Part shown: positions 9,142 through 19,816 of the stretch, piece by piece
Numbering within the stretch: position 1 is the stretch's first letter
Layout of the letters: each line of letters starts with the position of its first letter
IMG/VR virus record: IMGVR_UViG_3300021400_004107
Direction: 5' to 3' (one strand)
Length of the DNA: 64,000 nucleotides
DNA from: an uncultured virus (IMG/VR IMGVR_UViG_3300021400_004107)
Lineage: Duplodnaviria > Heunggongvirae > Uroviricota > Caudoviricetes
Program-made: the position numbers and the translations under genes
The notes under the pieces: generated by a model
Databases searched by the model: none
What the model was told of the DNA's origin: nothing
The model's input: the letters and a program-made list of their open reading frames with translations, nothing else

Positions 9142-10314
9142 ATGGATGTAATTAACGGGATTATTCAAGCGATATGGGGAATACTGAGCCTTATTATAAC
9201 TTTACTTAAGGCCCTCGGTGCGTTATTTACTATCTCACTTGGCGATATGTATAACGCAGGCCGAACGCTTTTGTTTAAGTTCTTAGGCTTTTCAGTAGAT
9301 CTGCTTCTGATGAATCCCTTTAATGTAGGTAGCGGAACCTACATGGGCCCCGGATTCGGAGAGGGTTCTGTAACTTCCGGCGGTACTGCGGAGAGTTCGA
9401 TAAACATGTTGTTCTCGTCGGGTTCGGGTATGGGCCTCGGAGCCGGTATCGGTACCCTTATAATCGAGGCAGGTTTGGCGCTGACCCTGATAGCTTTCTT
9501 TTACGGTTTTTCCGAGAGCTCGGTTCAGTTAGAGAAAACTAATATTCAATTGATCTTTTCCCGTATACTCAGATGGATAATAGCCGTGGGGCTCGTAACT
9601 GTCTCTTATCAGATGATCGGCTATCTTTTCCTCGCCTTTCGCTCCTTGTATGGAAGTTTTACGGGAATCGCCGGCGGTAATGCTGAAACCTGGTTCACTA
9701 ATAAACTAAGCACGGTGTGGCCGGAGGCTAGTAATTTAAGCGGTTCTTTCTTGGAAGGTGGACTTAGTGCCGATCAATACGACTCCATGTTCGGTGTCAA
9801 CGACTTTTCGGGTTCGATGTGGGACATAGATGCTACGACTTCGTTGAGATATTCATTCGTAGGCCCTGTTATCATGCTGCTTGGAATTCTTAAGTTGTTT
9901 AAGAAACTCGTTAAATACGTAATCAGTTTCGTTCCTAATCTATTCAGGGTCTTGGTGCTCTTTATCTGTGCACCTTTTGCTTTGGCTATGTATGCCGCGC
10001 CTGAAACGCAACAGAAAGCTAATTCTTATATAAGACTCTTTGCTGCGTCTGTGTTAACAAACCTATTGAAGGTCATTTCCATCACTATGGCTTGTGTAAT
10101 CGCTATCAACTTGACGATGGACGGCACATGCATATTGAACACCTATCCGTTAGCGGTTCAATTAACCGACAGCGCATTCGGATCGGGCGCTTTGTCAACT
10201 GATATAGCGTTCATCATGACTTCCGGCGGACTATTGGGTATGAACCTGCTTGTCGACTTGCTTACGAAGACCAGTGAAGTCTCCGACAGATTTGCCCAGG
10301 AAGTTCTGGCTTAA
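9142..10314 (+). CDS. VirB6-like polytopic membrane protein
   Basis: Multiple TMs, APFALA motif, synteny. Confidence 0.7.
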   Translation: MDVINGIIQAIWGILSLIITLLKALGALFTISLGDMYNAGRTLLFKFLGFSVDLLLMNPFNVGSGTYMGPGFGEGSVTSGGTAESSINMLFSSGSGMGLGAGIGTLIIEAGLALTLIAFFYGFSESSVQLEKTNIQLIFSRILRWIIAVGLVTVSYQMIGYLFLAFRSLYGSFTGIAGGNAETWFTNKLSTVWPEASNLSGSFLEGGLSADQYDSMFGVNDFSGSMWDIDATTSLRYSFVGPVIMLLGILKLFKKLVKYVISFVPNLFRVLVLFICAPFALAMYAAPETQQKANSYIRLFAASVLTNLLKVISITMACVIAINLTMDGTCILNTYPLAVQLTDSAFGSGALSTDIAFIMTSGGLLGMNLLVDLLTKTSEVSDRFAQEVLA

Positions 10315-10331
10315 AGAAGGGAGATCAGTTT

Positions 10332-10676
10332 ATGCATACACAATTCAATAAAGACGTATCGGATTACAAGTCGAACTTCTGGAAAGGCCTTACGTTCCGT
10401 CAGACGATCTGCGGCGCTGCGGCCATTTTCTGTTTCGTCCTCTTCCGCATCGTCTTGAATATCTGGTTTGAGGGTATTTTCCTCAATATAGCCGGATTTG
10501 GCGGCGCCATCATCTTTGCGTTCCTCGGTTTCTTCAAGAAGGATCGTCTGAACGGCGAAGAGCTGGCCCTGATATTTTCCAGATACAGAAAAACACCCAA
10601 GGTCTTGAACTGCCGCAATAAGATCATTGATTTTAACGGCATATCCGAGACTGGAAAGGAGACAGAATCCGTATGA
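10332..10676 (+). CDS. prgI: PrgI-family protein
   Basis: KDVSDY...GLTFRQ motif and two TMs directly before virB4. Confidence 0.85.
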   Translation: MHTQFNKDVSDYKSNFWKGLTFRQTICGAAAIFCFVLFRIVLNIWFEGIFLNIAGFGGAIIFAFLGFFKKDRLNGEELALIFSRYRKTPKVLNCRNKIIDFNGISETGKETESV

Positions 10677-13207
10677 GTTTCAGAAAGTTAAAAGATTCCC
10701 TGTACAAGGTACCTTCGACGGTTCAGGATACTATCTACATCGAGAAGGTAAACCTCGACAAGGGCATTTTCTATCACGGCAAGGACATTTATACCAAGCA
10801 GTATGAGTTCTCTGATGTGAATTATGAGGTAATTTCCGAAGAGGATAAGGAAGTTATCGTAAGTAAGTGGTGTCAGCTTATCAATTCGTTTACTGCGGGA
10901 GGAGAATTCAAGATCTCTCTTAACAACCGCCGTATTGACGAGCAGATGCTCGAAAAGTCCGCGTTCCTGCCGGACCAAAACGACGGAAGAGACGATTTAA
11001 GACACGAACTTAATGAGAACCTCAGAGAAAAGCTCGCCGCATGTAACAACATCGACACTCAGCTGATTCTCACGTTGCGCGTCATTGCCAGAGACTTTGA
11101 GGATGCGGCTATGCAGTTCGATCAGATGGAGAAGTCGACGATGGCCAGACTTACCGAGATCGGCTCTCATTTGACTCCTCTTACTGCTTATGACAGATTC
11201 CGCATCCTGTTCAACATCTACAGGAACGGTGAGGAGGATTTCTACGCTTTTGATCCGCACAAGGGTTTCTACCTTCACGACTTCAAGGACTACATCTGTC
11301 CTGACACGGTAGAAGTATTCCCGGACTATCTGAAACTCGGTGAGAAGTTTGTCAGAGTCCTTTTCCTCAAAGACTACGCCAGCAACGTAGCTGATACAGT
11401 GCTCCATAACACTCTGAACCTGCCTAAGACGGCGTGCCTTTCCATTGACGTCAAGGTTATGGATCCGGCAGATGCGAAGGATCTTCTCGAAAAGCACTTG
11501 TTCAACGTATCCGGCGACATCACCAAGTGGCAGATGTCCCAGAACAAGCACGAGAACTATACGGCTGAGATCCCTTACGATCTGAAGCAGCCCAGAGACG
11601 AAGCAGAAGCACAGCTGGCAGACCTCGTTGAGCATGACCAGAACCTCTGCTACACCTGGGTGTCTATCATGCTTATGGCAGACTCTCTGGAAGAACTGGA
11701 CGCCGATACCGAACTTGTGAGAAAGAACGGTAAGAAGAACAACATTCAGCTCATGGTACCGAAGCAGTATCAGATTGAGGCCCTTAACACGGCTATTCCG
11801 ATCGGAGTCAATCTGCATCTCATGAGCAGGCTGCTGATGACTGTCTGCCTTGCGACACTCATGCCGTTCAGGACACAGAACATAATGCACGATAACGGTG
11901 TATATTACGGAGTCAATCCACTCTCGAAGAAACTTATTACCGTTAACCGTGATAACCTCATTAACCAGAACTCGTTCGTTCTTGGTGCTCCGGGCGCAGG
12001 TAAATCCTTCATAAGCAAGTCCGAGATCCTCTCGCTTGTCTTAAGAGGCGACACTGATGTTATCATCATTGACCCCGAGTCAGAGTACGGCTCTCTGGTT
12101 AAAGAACTCGGCGGCGAGCTTGTCGTGCTTGACGCTGCAAGAGATGTCCACATCAATGCACTCGATTTGAACCAGGACTACGCAGAGGAGTCTTCTAATC
12201 CTATCGCAGTCAAGTCCGACTTCCTTATGTCAATTATCGCTCGTATCAATGGCGGTAATCTGACCGCAGAGGAGAGTTCCATCATCGACCGCTGCTTGGC
12301 CAAGGTCTATAAGCCTTTCATCAAGAAGCATTACGAAGGCACTCCGCCGACGCTGGTCGACTTCAAGGAAGAACTCGAGCGTCAAGGGGATCCGGTGTCT
12401 AAGCGTCTCGCTCTTGCTATCGAACTCTTCACTGAGGGTTCGCTGAATTTGTTCGCTAAACAGAGTAACGTCGACATCGACAGTTCGCTCGTATGCTACG
12501 ACATCTTAAACCTCGGAAGACAGCTCAAGCCTTTGGCAATGCTTATCACACTTGATGCTATCTTTAACCGTATGGCAAAGAACAGGCGAAATGGACGTAA
12601 GACGGCTATCTTCATCGACGAGATCTATCTCTTGTTCCAGGATCAGTATTCCGAGCAGTACCTCATGACCCTCTGGAAGCGTTGCCGTAAGTACGGCGGT
12701 CGTATGACAGGCATCACGCAGAACATCGAAGACCTTCTGGCTTCTGACTCTGCGAGACGCATCCTGAACACGTCCGAGCTCCTGGTCATCCTGTCTCAGA
12801 ACGGTACCGACAGAACCGAGCTTGCTCACCTTCTGAACATCTCACCGGTGCAGATGCCGTTCATCTCAACAGGACAGTTCGGTGAAGGCCTTCTCAAGGT
12901 CGGCAAGGCTATCGTGCCTTTTGAGAACAAGTATCGTGACGATACAAAGATATACCGTCTGCTCACATCGAAGATGTCCGATCTTGCAAGCTACGCTTAC
13001 GAGGCCAAGTCCTCTGGAGCAGCGACCGAAGAGGGAACACCCGGAGAAGACTTCGAAGAACCCTCAGACGAAGAGTATTATGCTGAGCCTGAGTACCCTG
13101 AAGATTATTCGGCGGAAGTCCCGACAGAGGAAGTACCTGGCGCTCAGGACGACTATTACGGAGAGGCTTCTTCAAACGACATTGATACAGAGAACGGGGA
13201 GAGCTAA
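10673..13207 (+). CDS. virB4: VirB4-like conjugative ATPase
   Basis: GAPGAGKS, IIDPESEY, FIDE, RKYGG...ITQN motifs. Confidence 0.93.
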   Translation: MSFRKLKDSLYKVPSTVQDTIYIEKVNLDKGIFYHGKDIYTKQYEFSDVNYEVISEEDKEVIVSKWCQLINSFTAGGEFKISLNNRRIDEQMLEKSAFLPDQNDGRDDLRHELNENLREKLAACNNIDTQLILTLRVIARDFEDAAMQFDQMEKSTMARLTEIGSHLTPLTAYDRFRILFNIYRNGEEDFYAFDPHKGFYLHDFKDYICPDTVEVFPDYLKLGEKFVRVLFLKDYASNVADTVLHNTLNLPKTACLSIDVKVMDPADAKDLLEKHLFNVSGDITKWQMSQNKHENYTAEIPYDLKQPRDEAEAQLADLVEHDQNLCYTWVSIMLMADSLEELDADTELVRKNGKKNNIQLMVPKQYQIEALNTAIPIGVNLHLMSRLLMTVCLATLMPFRTQNIMHDNGVYYGVNPLSKKLITVNRDNLINQNSFVLGAPGAGKSFISKSEILSLVLRGDTDVIIIDPESEYGSLVKELGGELVVLDAARDVHINALDLNQDYAEESSNPIAVKSDFLMSIIARINGGNLTAEESSIIDRCLAKVYKPFIKKHYEGTPPTLVDFKEELERQGDPVSKRLALAIELFTEGSLNLFAKQSNVDIDSSLVCYDILNLGRQLKPLAMLITLDAIFNRMAKNRRNGRKTAIFIDEIYLLFQDQYSEQYLMTLWKRCRKYGGRMTGITQNIEDLLASDSARRILNTSELLVILSQNGTDRTELAHLLNISPVQMPFISTGQFGEGLLKVGKAIVPFENKYRDDTKIYRLLTSKMSDLASYAYEAKSSGAATEEGTPGEDFEEPSDEEYYAEPEYPEDYSAEVPTEEVPGAQDDYYGEASSNDIDTENGES

Positions 13208-13306
13208 CTCCTCTTTCTCTTATCTGCTTGTGTATAACCGGCGGTGTCCTATTAAACGGGGCACCGCTTTTAATATCTGACATAAATAATAAGGAGTTGA
13301 TCTTGT

Positions 13307-16300
13307 ATGAGCGTAGATCCTACAAAGACATGGAATCGTGCAGCGGAAATAAAAAGAGTTAACGATGCCTATAACAAAGCCATGCATGATATCAACGTCA
13401 CTGCAGATAAGGCAGGTATCTCCTTAACTCATACACAGAAAGTTGAGATCCTCGAGTCCTATGGCATCCGAAAGCCGGATTTAGACGGTCTTGACGCAAG
13501 AAGCTTGAGAACTACTGTCGAATCGAATTTAGCCACTATAAATTCCGGTTCCGCTAAGATGACGAAGGACTTGACGGGCGTTAGTGGCGGACGTGTACAA
13601 AAGGAAGCGTTGCGCCGACTTATCGTGGCAAACAAAGTGAATGATGACGCGGCGAAGTTACAGGCGTTGGCGAGACAGCACCAAATAAAACTGTCCCGTG
13701 CTGAAGCTCAGCTCCTGCTGAAAAAGAATCCCAAGATACTCGATATGAAGCCTGAAAAGGCTCTGAGTGTTATTAAGACCAGTAAGAGCAAAGTTATAAA
13801 GGCTGCAAAAGCCGGCAAGGCCATTGGTGCCAGAGCGGTAACATATGGTTTTGGACTGGCTTCGCGTGTGGCTAATTCTGTTGATTCTGACGATGTCGGC
13901 ATTAACGGTCAAGATGCAGGTGCTGCCGGAACAAATGCGAAAGAGGCGTTCGATAAGCTTACGGAGAAGAAGCGTATCAAGGACGCCGAGAAGCATCAGA
14001 TAGATAAGGACGTTAAAGAGGCTCAGCGCCAATTGAGACGTAAGCAGAATGCAGAACAACGTGTTCGTGATTCCAGTAATAAAGATCTGTCTCACCGTGC
14101 TAAGAAGGGCGATACGAAACCGGTGAAGACAGCGGCAAAGAACGCAAAGAAACAGGCTAAGAACGCAGCTGCTGAAAGCATGAAGGCCAAGCAACGTGCA
14201 GATTCGGTAAGAAGACTTGTGGCGCAGAAAAAGACTGCTGCAAAGGCTGCTGCGGCAGTTAAGGAAGCAATCGCTAAGATTGTGTCTGCAATCATAACAG
14301 CCATCACTTCCGTGGTTACGAGCTCGGTTGCTATAGCCGTGATAGCTATCTTCTTCATACTTATTCTTATCGTGATCTTAATCACAGTGATCGTCTCTGT
14401 TATTACAGCTTTGCTTTACAGTCCTCCTATGGGCGACTGGTACGATCCTCAAGACATTAAGTATGTGGATTTTGTCGATGCTACGCAGGACATTCAGACG
14501 AAATATTATGATGATTGTTTGATGCTTGCCTATAGATACGGGGCGGATATTCCCAGCCCTGCCGAATGTGCTATTGACTGGAGCGAAGTTTATACACTCT
14601 GGGCTGCCATTGTCAATTATCGCTCCGAGAATGACCTGATGTCTACTGACCTCGGAGGTGATTCCGCAGGCGTTACGGCTTACAGCTCCGGCGGTATGTT
14701 CCTCGTAGCGGATGAAACAGACGCCTCGTTGTTCCTTACAGACGGAGACGGAGCAGATGACTATATCCAGGACCTGTACTTGGCTGTTTATTTTATGTAT
14801 TACGATCTTCGCGGTATGGATGAAGCCGGAAACCCTTTCTTAACTGACATTACGAATGGCGATCGATATATACCGTATTACGCAAGCGACGGGACGGCCG
14901 GCGGTTTTGATTTCTCTTCATTCAGTGAAGAAACAGGATATCCGCTCCGTAACGTGAGAACGGATGAGATCATTACCGGAGCTCTGTATCTCGATGACAA
15001 CATGATGTGGGCAATCAATACGGAAGCGTATCCGAATCTGTATTATTCGTTCGGTGCCTCCGATTCGACAGGCGGTAATGACGGCGGCGCAGGTTATATC
15101 TGCAGAGGCTATCCTCTTTTCGATGTTACCGGCAGTTCTTATTCTGATTCCGCCAGTGGCTCGTCGACGACATATCAGCTGTACGGTAATGTTCACTGGT
15201 CAGGTACTAAACTGCCTTCAACAGTTTATAGTACGAGTTTCAGTACCTTGAACAGTCCGAGCAGTTCAGGATTCTCCATAACAGCCATCCGTGATTCGAG
15301 CGGTACTAATCAGAACAGTCATATCGGTGATGTGACATTAAGCGTCAGCAGCTTGACGGGTTTGACGGATGAACGTAACAGTTATTCAAGTTTGGCAGAT
15401 GCCTATAGCAATTGTCCGGCTTGTAATCCCTCATCCGGAATGCCGCCCTCGATTCAGCACACGCACGATTTTTACGGATGCAATATCGGTTATTACGTCG
15501 AGTCTACAGAAGGGTTTGAAGTGTCGTATGACTATAGTGACATAACATTTACCCACCGAGATGCTCAAGGCGGATTGGCAGCAATGCATGACGCTTACCT
15601 GGCATGTTATGAAGATTATTTCACTAACCATGACTACACATATACGTTTGACATTTCTCAAGCGTATATTATCAGCACGGAAAACCGTACTGCGGTCGAG
15701 GGCGCTAATACCGGTCATGACTACGATGAGATGCTGTTGATCTTGAACCAGATCTTTGATCGCCGCGAATATTATCCATGGTCCACCAGCGGCGGCGGAA
15801 AATTCTACCGTCAGGGCTACGCGTGGCTCCCGGGCACAGTGCTTGAGAACCCTGAGTCTAACGTGACTGAAGATGTTTGGGATTGTTACGATAAGATCTC
15901 AGCCAGCATTGACTATGCCTTGGACAACAAATGGTACCCGACAAACTATAACGGTGATACCTATACGACGCCTCAAGGTGCATCTTTCTGGTTGCCGCCG
16001 TCAGGTCTGGGTGCCCATGGTTATCCGTTGTACGGTGAAGCGGGTTACAGGGAAGACGTACACGCAATTCCAATGATCAGCTGGCACAGTCAGGTTGACC
16101 TGTTCTTTGAAAACACAGAGATACCCGGCATGGGCGAGTCGATAGGCGGTTATTACTTAGAGGACGATATTATTATGTCTGTTCTTTACAGTGAAACCTG
16201 CTGGCCATTTAAGGTCTATGACACCGGCGATTACGAATGGATCGACGGGGAATTGAATTCTTATATAGGTACAGGCGGTGTATGGAATAACAATGCTTAT

Positions 16301-17290
16301 TTTATGTACCGTTGGCTTACCTGTGAGAAGGGCCTGACGCCTCAGTCGGCAGCAGGGTGCCTTGGTGCTTTGTATCGTGAAACCGGTTTTATAGGTGCTG
16401 ATACAGTGTCTAAGGACACTAATGATTGTTGGGCTATAGGCCTTCTGCAATGGAATGATGGTACCTATTGTAACGATCCCAATGTTCGTGACAGCAGTTT
16501 TTATGAGACCAACATCGTGTCGTGGTGTATCGATCATAACTACAACTGGGAAAACGCCGGGGCTCAGCTCAGGTTTGCCGATCAATGGCTCGTTGACTAT
16601 GACAGAGACTGGGTTTTTGACAGCCTGCGTTCTATTCAGAACGGCGAGACGGCTGTTACCTTGCTTTCTGCTTCGACTCGTTATTACGACAGCGCAGATT
16701 GGACTGAAGCGGCGTGGGCTTGTTATTACTGGGCTCGTAACGTCGAAATATGTTCAGAAGGTTGCGGATACGGTTCTGACGGCCCTGTCGGAGACGAGGA
16801 GGCATCCAGAATGACGTCGGCGGTCACTTATCTGTACTACATCGAAAACTCTGACCCGAACTACATAAGTATTGAGGGCGCGGAGTTGTCCGGTGGTACA
16901 GCAGCTCCGATTACTACAAGTTCCGCCGGTGAGGCTGCTGTTGCTATTGCAGAGTCTCTGCTTGGTACACCATATGGTCCCGGAGACGATCCTTATGTCT
17001 ACGGCTATGTGGACTGTTCCGGTTTATGCAGATACTGCTACGGACAGCTCGGTTACGACTTGTATTGGGGTGCCACTATGATCTGTGAAAACAACGGTAC
17101 TTCGGTATCTTTGAGCGAGATTCAACCGGGAGATATTGTTTGTTATCAGAATTCCAGCCATACAGGAGCTCAGCACTGTGCCATTTATGTCGGAGACAAT
17201 CAGGTCATACACGCTTCAAGTACCGCAGGTGTTGTTAAGTACGGAGACGTCGACATGATGGAGATACGAGATATAAAACGCATAGGTTAA
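13307..17290 (+). CDS. Large membrane-anchored cell-wall hydrolase (phage-tail-lysozyme-like + NlpC/P60), VirB1 analogue
   Basis: Basic N-terminus, TM, AAG.LG.L.RET..GLLQW, C-terminal DCSG..HCAIY..IHAS. Confidence 0.85.
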   Translation: MSVDPTKTWNRAAEIKRVNDAYNKAMHDINVTADKAGISLTHTQKVEILESYGIRKPDLDGLDARSLRTTVESNLATINSGSAKMTKDLTGVSGGRVQKEALRRLIVANKVNDDAAKLQALARQHQIKLSRAEAQLLLKKNPKILDMKPEKALSVIKTSKSKVIKAAKAGKAIGARAVTYGFGLASRVANSVDSDDVGINGQDAGAAGTNAKEAFDKLTEKKRIKDAEKHQIDKDVKEAQRQLRRKQNAEQRVRDSSNKDLSHRAKKGDTKPVKTAAKNAKKQAKNAAAESMKAKQRADSVRRLVAQKKTAAKAAAAVKEAIAKIVSAIITAITSVVTSSVAIAVIAIFFILILIVILITVIVSVITALLYSPPMGDWYDPQDIKYVDFVDATQDIQTKYYDDCLMLAYRYGADIPSPAECAIDWSEVYTLWAAIVNYRSENDLMSTDLGGDSAGVTAYSSGGMFLVADETDASLFLTDGDGADDYIQDLYLAVYFMYYDLRGMDEAGNPFLTDITNGDRYIPYYASDGTAGGFDFSSFSEETGYPLRNVRTDEIITGALYLDDNMMWAINTEAYPNLYYSFGASDSTGGNDGGAGYICRGYPLFDVTGSSYSDSASGSSTTYQLYGNVHWSGTKLPSTVYSTSFSTLNSPSSSGFSITAIRDSSGTNQNSHIGDVTLSVSSLTGLTDERNSYSSLADAYSNCPACNPSSGMPPSIQHTHDFYGCNIGYYVESTEGFEVSYDYSDITFTHRDAQGGLAAMHDAYLACYEDYFTNHDYTYTFDISQAYIISTENRTAVEGANTGHDYDEMLLILNQIFDRREYYPWSTSGGGKFYRQGYAWLPGTVLENPESNVTEDVWDCYDKISASIDYALDNKWYPTNYNGDTYTTPQGASFWLPPSGLGAHGYPLYGEAGYREDVHAIPMISWHSQVDLFFENTEIPGMGESIGGYYLEDDIIMSVLYSETCWPFKVYDTGDYEWIDGELNSYIGTGGVWNNNAYFMYRWLTCEKGLTPQSAAGCLGALYRETGFIGADTVSKDTNDCWAIGLLQWNDGTYCNDPNVRDSSFYETNIVSWCIDHNYNWENAGAQLRFADQWLVDYDRDWVFDSLRSIQNGETAVTLLSASTRYYDSADWTEAAWACYYWARNVEICSEGCGYGSDGPVGDEEASRMTSAVTYLYYIENSDPNYISIEGAELSGGTAAPITTSSAGEAAVAIAESLLGTPYGPGDDPYVYGYVDCSGLCRYCYGQLGYDLYWGATMICENNGTSVSLSEIQPGDIVCYQNSSHTGAQHCAIYVGDNQVIHASSTAGVVKYGDVDMMEIRDIKRIG

Positions 17291-17306
17291 ATAAGGAGAG
17301 AACACT

Positions 17307-18359
17307 ATGGGAAAAGATGTGAAGGAATTTTTGGACGATAACGGCAGACTGGATGATGTTGCTTTCGACTCGTACGCTGATTCGGAGGGGCTTGCCCCCT
17401 CTGAGTCGGCAGAGCTCCTCGCCGAGATCGAAGAGGTGGAAGGTGAAGAGGTTCAAGAAAGAGAAGTCAGTGTGCCAAGAGGTTTTGAGGATTGGTACAA
17501 GACGATCAAAGAGATCCCCCTTTTAACTCCCGAGCAGGAGAGGGAATTAGGCTCGATCATCAAGTATTCGGAAGACCAGGATAAGGTCAAAGAAGCGCGT
17601 AATGAGCTTGTCAGGCACAATCTGAGATTTGTGGTAAGTGTGGCATCTAAGTATGTACACTGGGCCTCCCCCTCTCACGGATTCGAGGACATGGTCCAGG
17701 ACGGTTCCATAGGTCTCACAAGAGCGGCAGAGAAGTTTGACGTCGACAAGGGCTTCCGTTTTACTACCTATGCTAAGGATTGGATCAGAGCGTCTGTGCA
17801 GCGTGGGATCCAGGCAAATGGTTATAAGTTCTCCGTCTCCTCTGCCATGGCTGAAAAGCACGTCAAACTCGTTCGTATCTCTAATGAACTGTTTAACGAG
17901 CTCCAGCGTAATCCGAGTATTGAAGAGATAGCGGACAGATATAACCAGACCTACAGTAAAGGCAGGCCTGTAACAGCGGATGTCGTGTCCGAGATCTTCA
18001 CCTTGATGTCGGATAAGCACGACTCTCTGGACCGAGAGATCGGCGATGACGGGGACACGACTCTCGGCGACTTCATCGAGAATCAGGACCCGGCTTTCAA
18101 TCCTGAAGAGGCAGCGTCGAAACACGACATCGAAGCAGTATTACACGAGATCATCAGGACTGAGCTTAACGAGAGGGAACAAAGGGTCATCGACGCAAGG
18201 TTCGGACTCACCACCGAAGTCAAGCAGAACCTCGAAGCCTTAGGCGAGCGTATGGGTGTCTCCAGACAGAGAATAAAACAGATCGAAGAATCTGCTATCA
18301 GGAAGATCGCAAAAGCTCTGAACGAGCGCGGCATCGACGAAAACGTGATCTTGCACTGA
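17307..18359 (+). CDS. RpoD/SigA-like sigma-70 factor
   Basis: IPLLT.EQE, NLRFVVSVA, GL.RAAEKFD..KGFRFTTYA..WIR, region 4 GVSRQRIKQIE. Confidence 0.9.
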   Translation: MGKDVKEFLDDNGRLDDVAFDSYADSEGLAPSESAELLAEIEEVEGEEVQEREVSVPRGFEDWYKTIKEIPLLTPEQERELGSIIKYSEDQDKVKEARNELVRHNLRFVVSVASKYVHWASPSHGFEDMVQDGSIGLTRAAEKFDVDKGFRFTTYAKDWIRASVQRGIQANGYKFSVSSAMAEKHVKLVRISNELFNELQRNPSIEEIADRYNQTYSKGRPVTADVVSEIFTLMSDKHDSLDREIGDDGDTTLGDFIENQDPAFNPEEAASKHDIEAVLHEIIRTELNEREQRVIDARFGLTTEVKQNLEALGERMGVSRQRIKQIEESAIRKIAKALNERGIDENVILH

Positions 18360-18443
18360 CTTGAAATAATTCCGATAAAAAGCTATATTAGATATAGAAA
18401 TATCTATTTTAATATAGCCTAAAAGAAAGGAAGGTGCTTTAAC

Positions 18444-18626
18444 ATGCCCGAGATTGAAGTCGAGAAAAGATTGGGCCGGCCTAAAACGAAGAACTATGCT
18501 AAGGTATGTTTAGGGCTTGATCGTGATCTGATGGAAGAAGTCAAAGAGTACGCCAAGAAATACGGTTGGACTCAAACTTATGCTATTGAGTATCTGTTAA
18601 GACTCGGTCTGGCTTCTGAGGAATAG
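18444..18626 (+). CDS. Ribbon-helix-helix regulator
   Basis: GRPK motif and RHH pattern; own promoter inside an inverted repeat at 18382-18418. Confidence 0.65.
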   Translation: MPEIEVEKRLGRPKTKNYAKVCLGLDRDLMEEVKEYAKKYGWTQTYAIEYLLRLGLASEE

Positions 18627-18929
18627 ACATCTTAAATTATCGTTTCTTAAGCCGGTGCCTCTTCGTGAGGTGCCGGCGTTTTTTTATTGCTTGAGTACGT
18701 GATTATCCGTAAGAAGTTATCATTTGTGCAAGATAGACAAAATTACGAAAATATATTCGTGATTATATCGTTACGAAACACGCAAGAAAATGTTGAAAAT
18801 GTAACTAATAACGCTATATTAGATATAGGCCTCCTTAATACAGGGCCGCAGGATTTCTTTTTTCTCATTTTTTCTCTCTTGCGGCCCCTTTTATCAGATC
18901 TTAACAGTTTGTGTGAAAGGAAACGCTTT

Positions 18930-19202
18930 ATGTACATAGCCACTATATCTTGCTCAGCGACTAATAAGAGAACCACGATCGCTTCCTGCGATAATCGTGA
19001 TACTGCATTTCACAGTCTCTACGGCTTTTATGTAAGAGACTTTTATCTCTCTGCTGATCTCATGGACGCAGCTGACGAACTCCTTCTTGCGGAAGAGCCG
19101 ACTTTCAGAAAGGCGGCGTGCTCCCCGGAAGGCTATTCTTTGCCCAGTTGGAACAGAGACGGCACAAGAATCTACAGAGTACAAGAGGTTACTACATGTT
19201 AA
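18930..19202 (+). CDS. Hypothetical protein
   Basis: GAAAGG RBS before ATG 18930. Confidence 0.5.
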   Translation: MYIATISCSATNKRTTIASCDNRDTAFHSLYGFYVRDFYLSADLMDAADELLLAEEPTFRKAACSPEGYSLPSWNRDGTRIYRVQEVTTC

Positions 19203-19576
19203 CACCAATAAGCAAAATCGCCGAAGACAGCTCCGAGAGCTTGTCGTCCTGGCAGCATAAGGCTCAGCAAGGTAAGGTCTTTGGCATCATTCAGATCGGA
19301 CACCGATACTACTCATACACAGACTCAGATGACCTTAACTACGTATCTGTGTCTGAGTACGCCGCGTCTGTTGGCAAGTCCACCGCAGCGATAAGACGGA
19401 TGATCGGCAGGAACGGGATTCCGGGTGCGATCTACTGCGGCTCTCAGTGGCTCATACCGCAGGATGCGGAATACCTTGACCGCAGGGGGAAGTGGGATCG
19501 TAACGCTAAAAATAGGCCTATGTGTCGACCGCCTAAGATCTCTAATTTGAACGCTCTGTTCAGAAGTGTGAGGTAG
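19196..19576 (+). CDS. Excisionase/MerR-like HTH DNA-binding protein
   Basis: YVSVSEYA..GKS..AIRRM...IPGA...GSQWLIP pattern. Confidence 0.7.
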   Translation: MLTPISKIAEDSSESLSSWQHKAQQGKVFGIIQIGHRYYSYTDSDDLNYVSVSEYAASVGKSTAAIRRMIGRNGIPGAIYCGSQWLIPQDAEYLDRRGKWDRNAKNRPMCRPPKISNLNALFRSVR

Positions 19577-19579
19577 GGC

Positions 19580-19801
19580 ATGATAATCGACTCGGGAATG
19601 TTGTCGGATAACGACAAGGAGAAGGTTTACTGTTACGTCTACCGTAACCCTTTCGGAATAGAGAAGAGAATGAACATATTCGCTTCGAGTCTCGCGGAAG
19701 CAGACGGGCAACTTACAAAGTTCGAAGGCACGAATATCCGTGTGCTCAGCGTTAAGGAAATGACGGTGTCGGAGTACAACGATTTTTACAACTACGGCTA
19801 A
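19580..19801 (+). CDS. Hypothetical protein
   Basis: Operon ORF with GAGG RBS. Confidence 0.5.
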   Translation: MIIDSGMLSDNDKEKVYCYVYRNPFGIEKRMNIFASSLAEADGQLTKFEGTNIRVLSVKEMTVSEYNDFYNYG

Positions 19802-19816
19802 GAAAGGAAATGTTAC

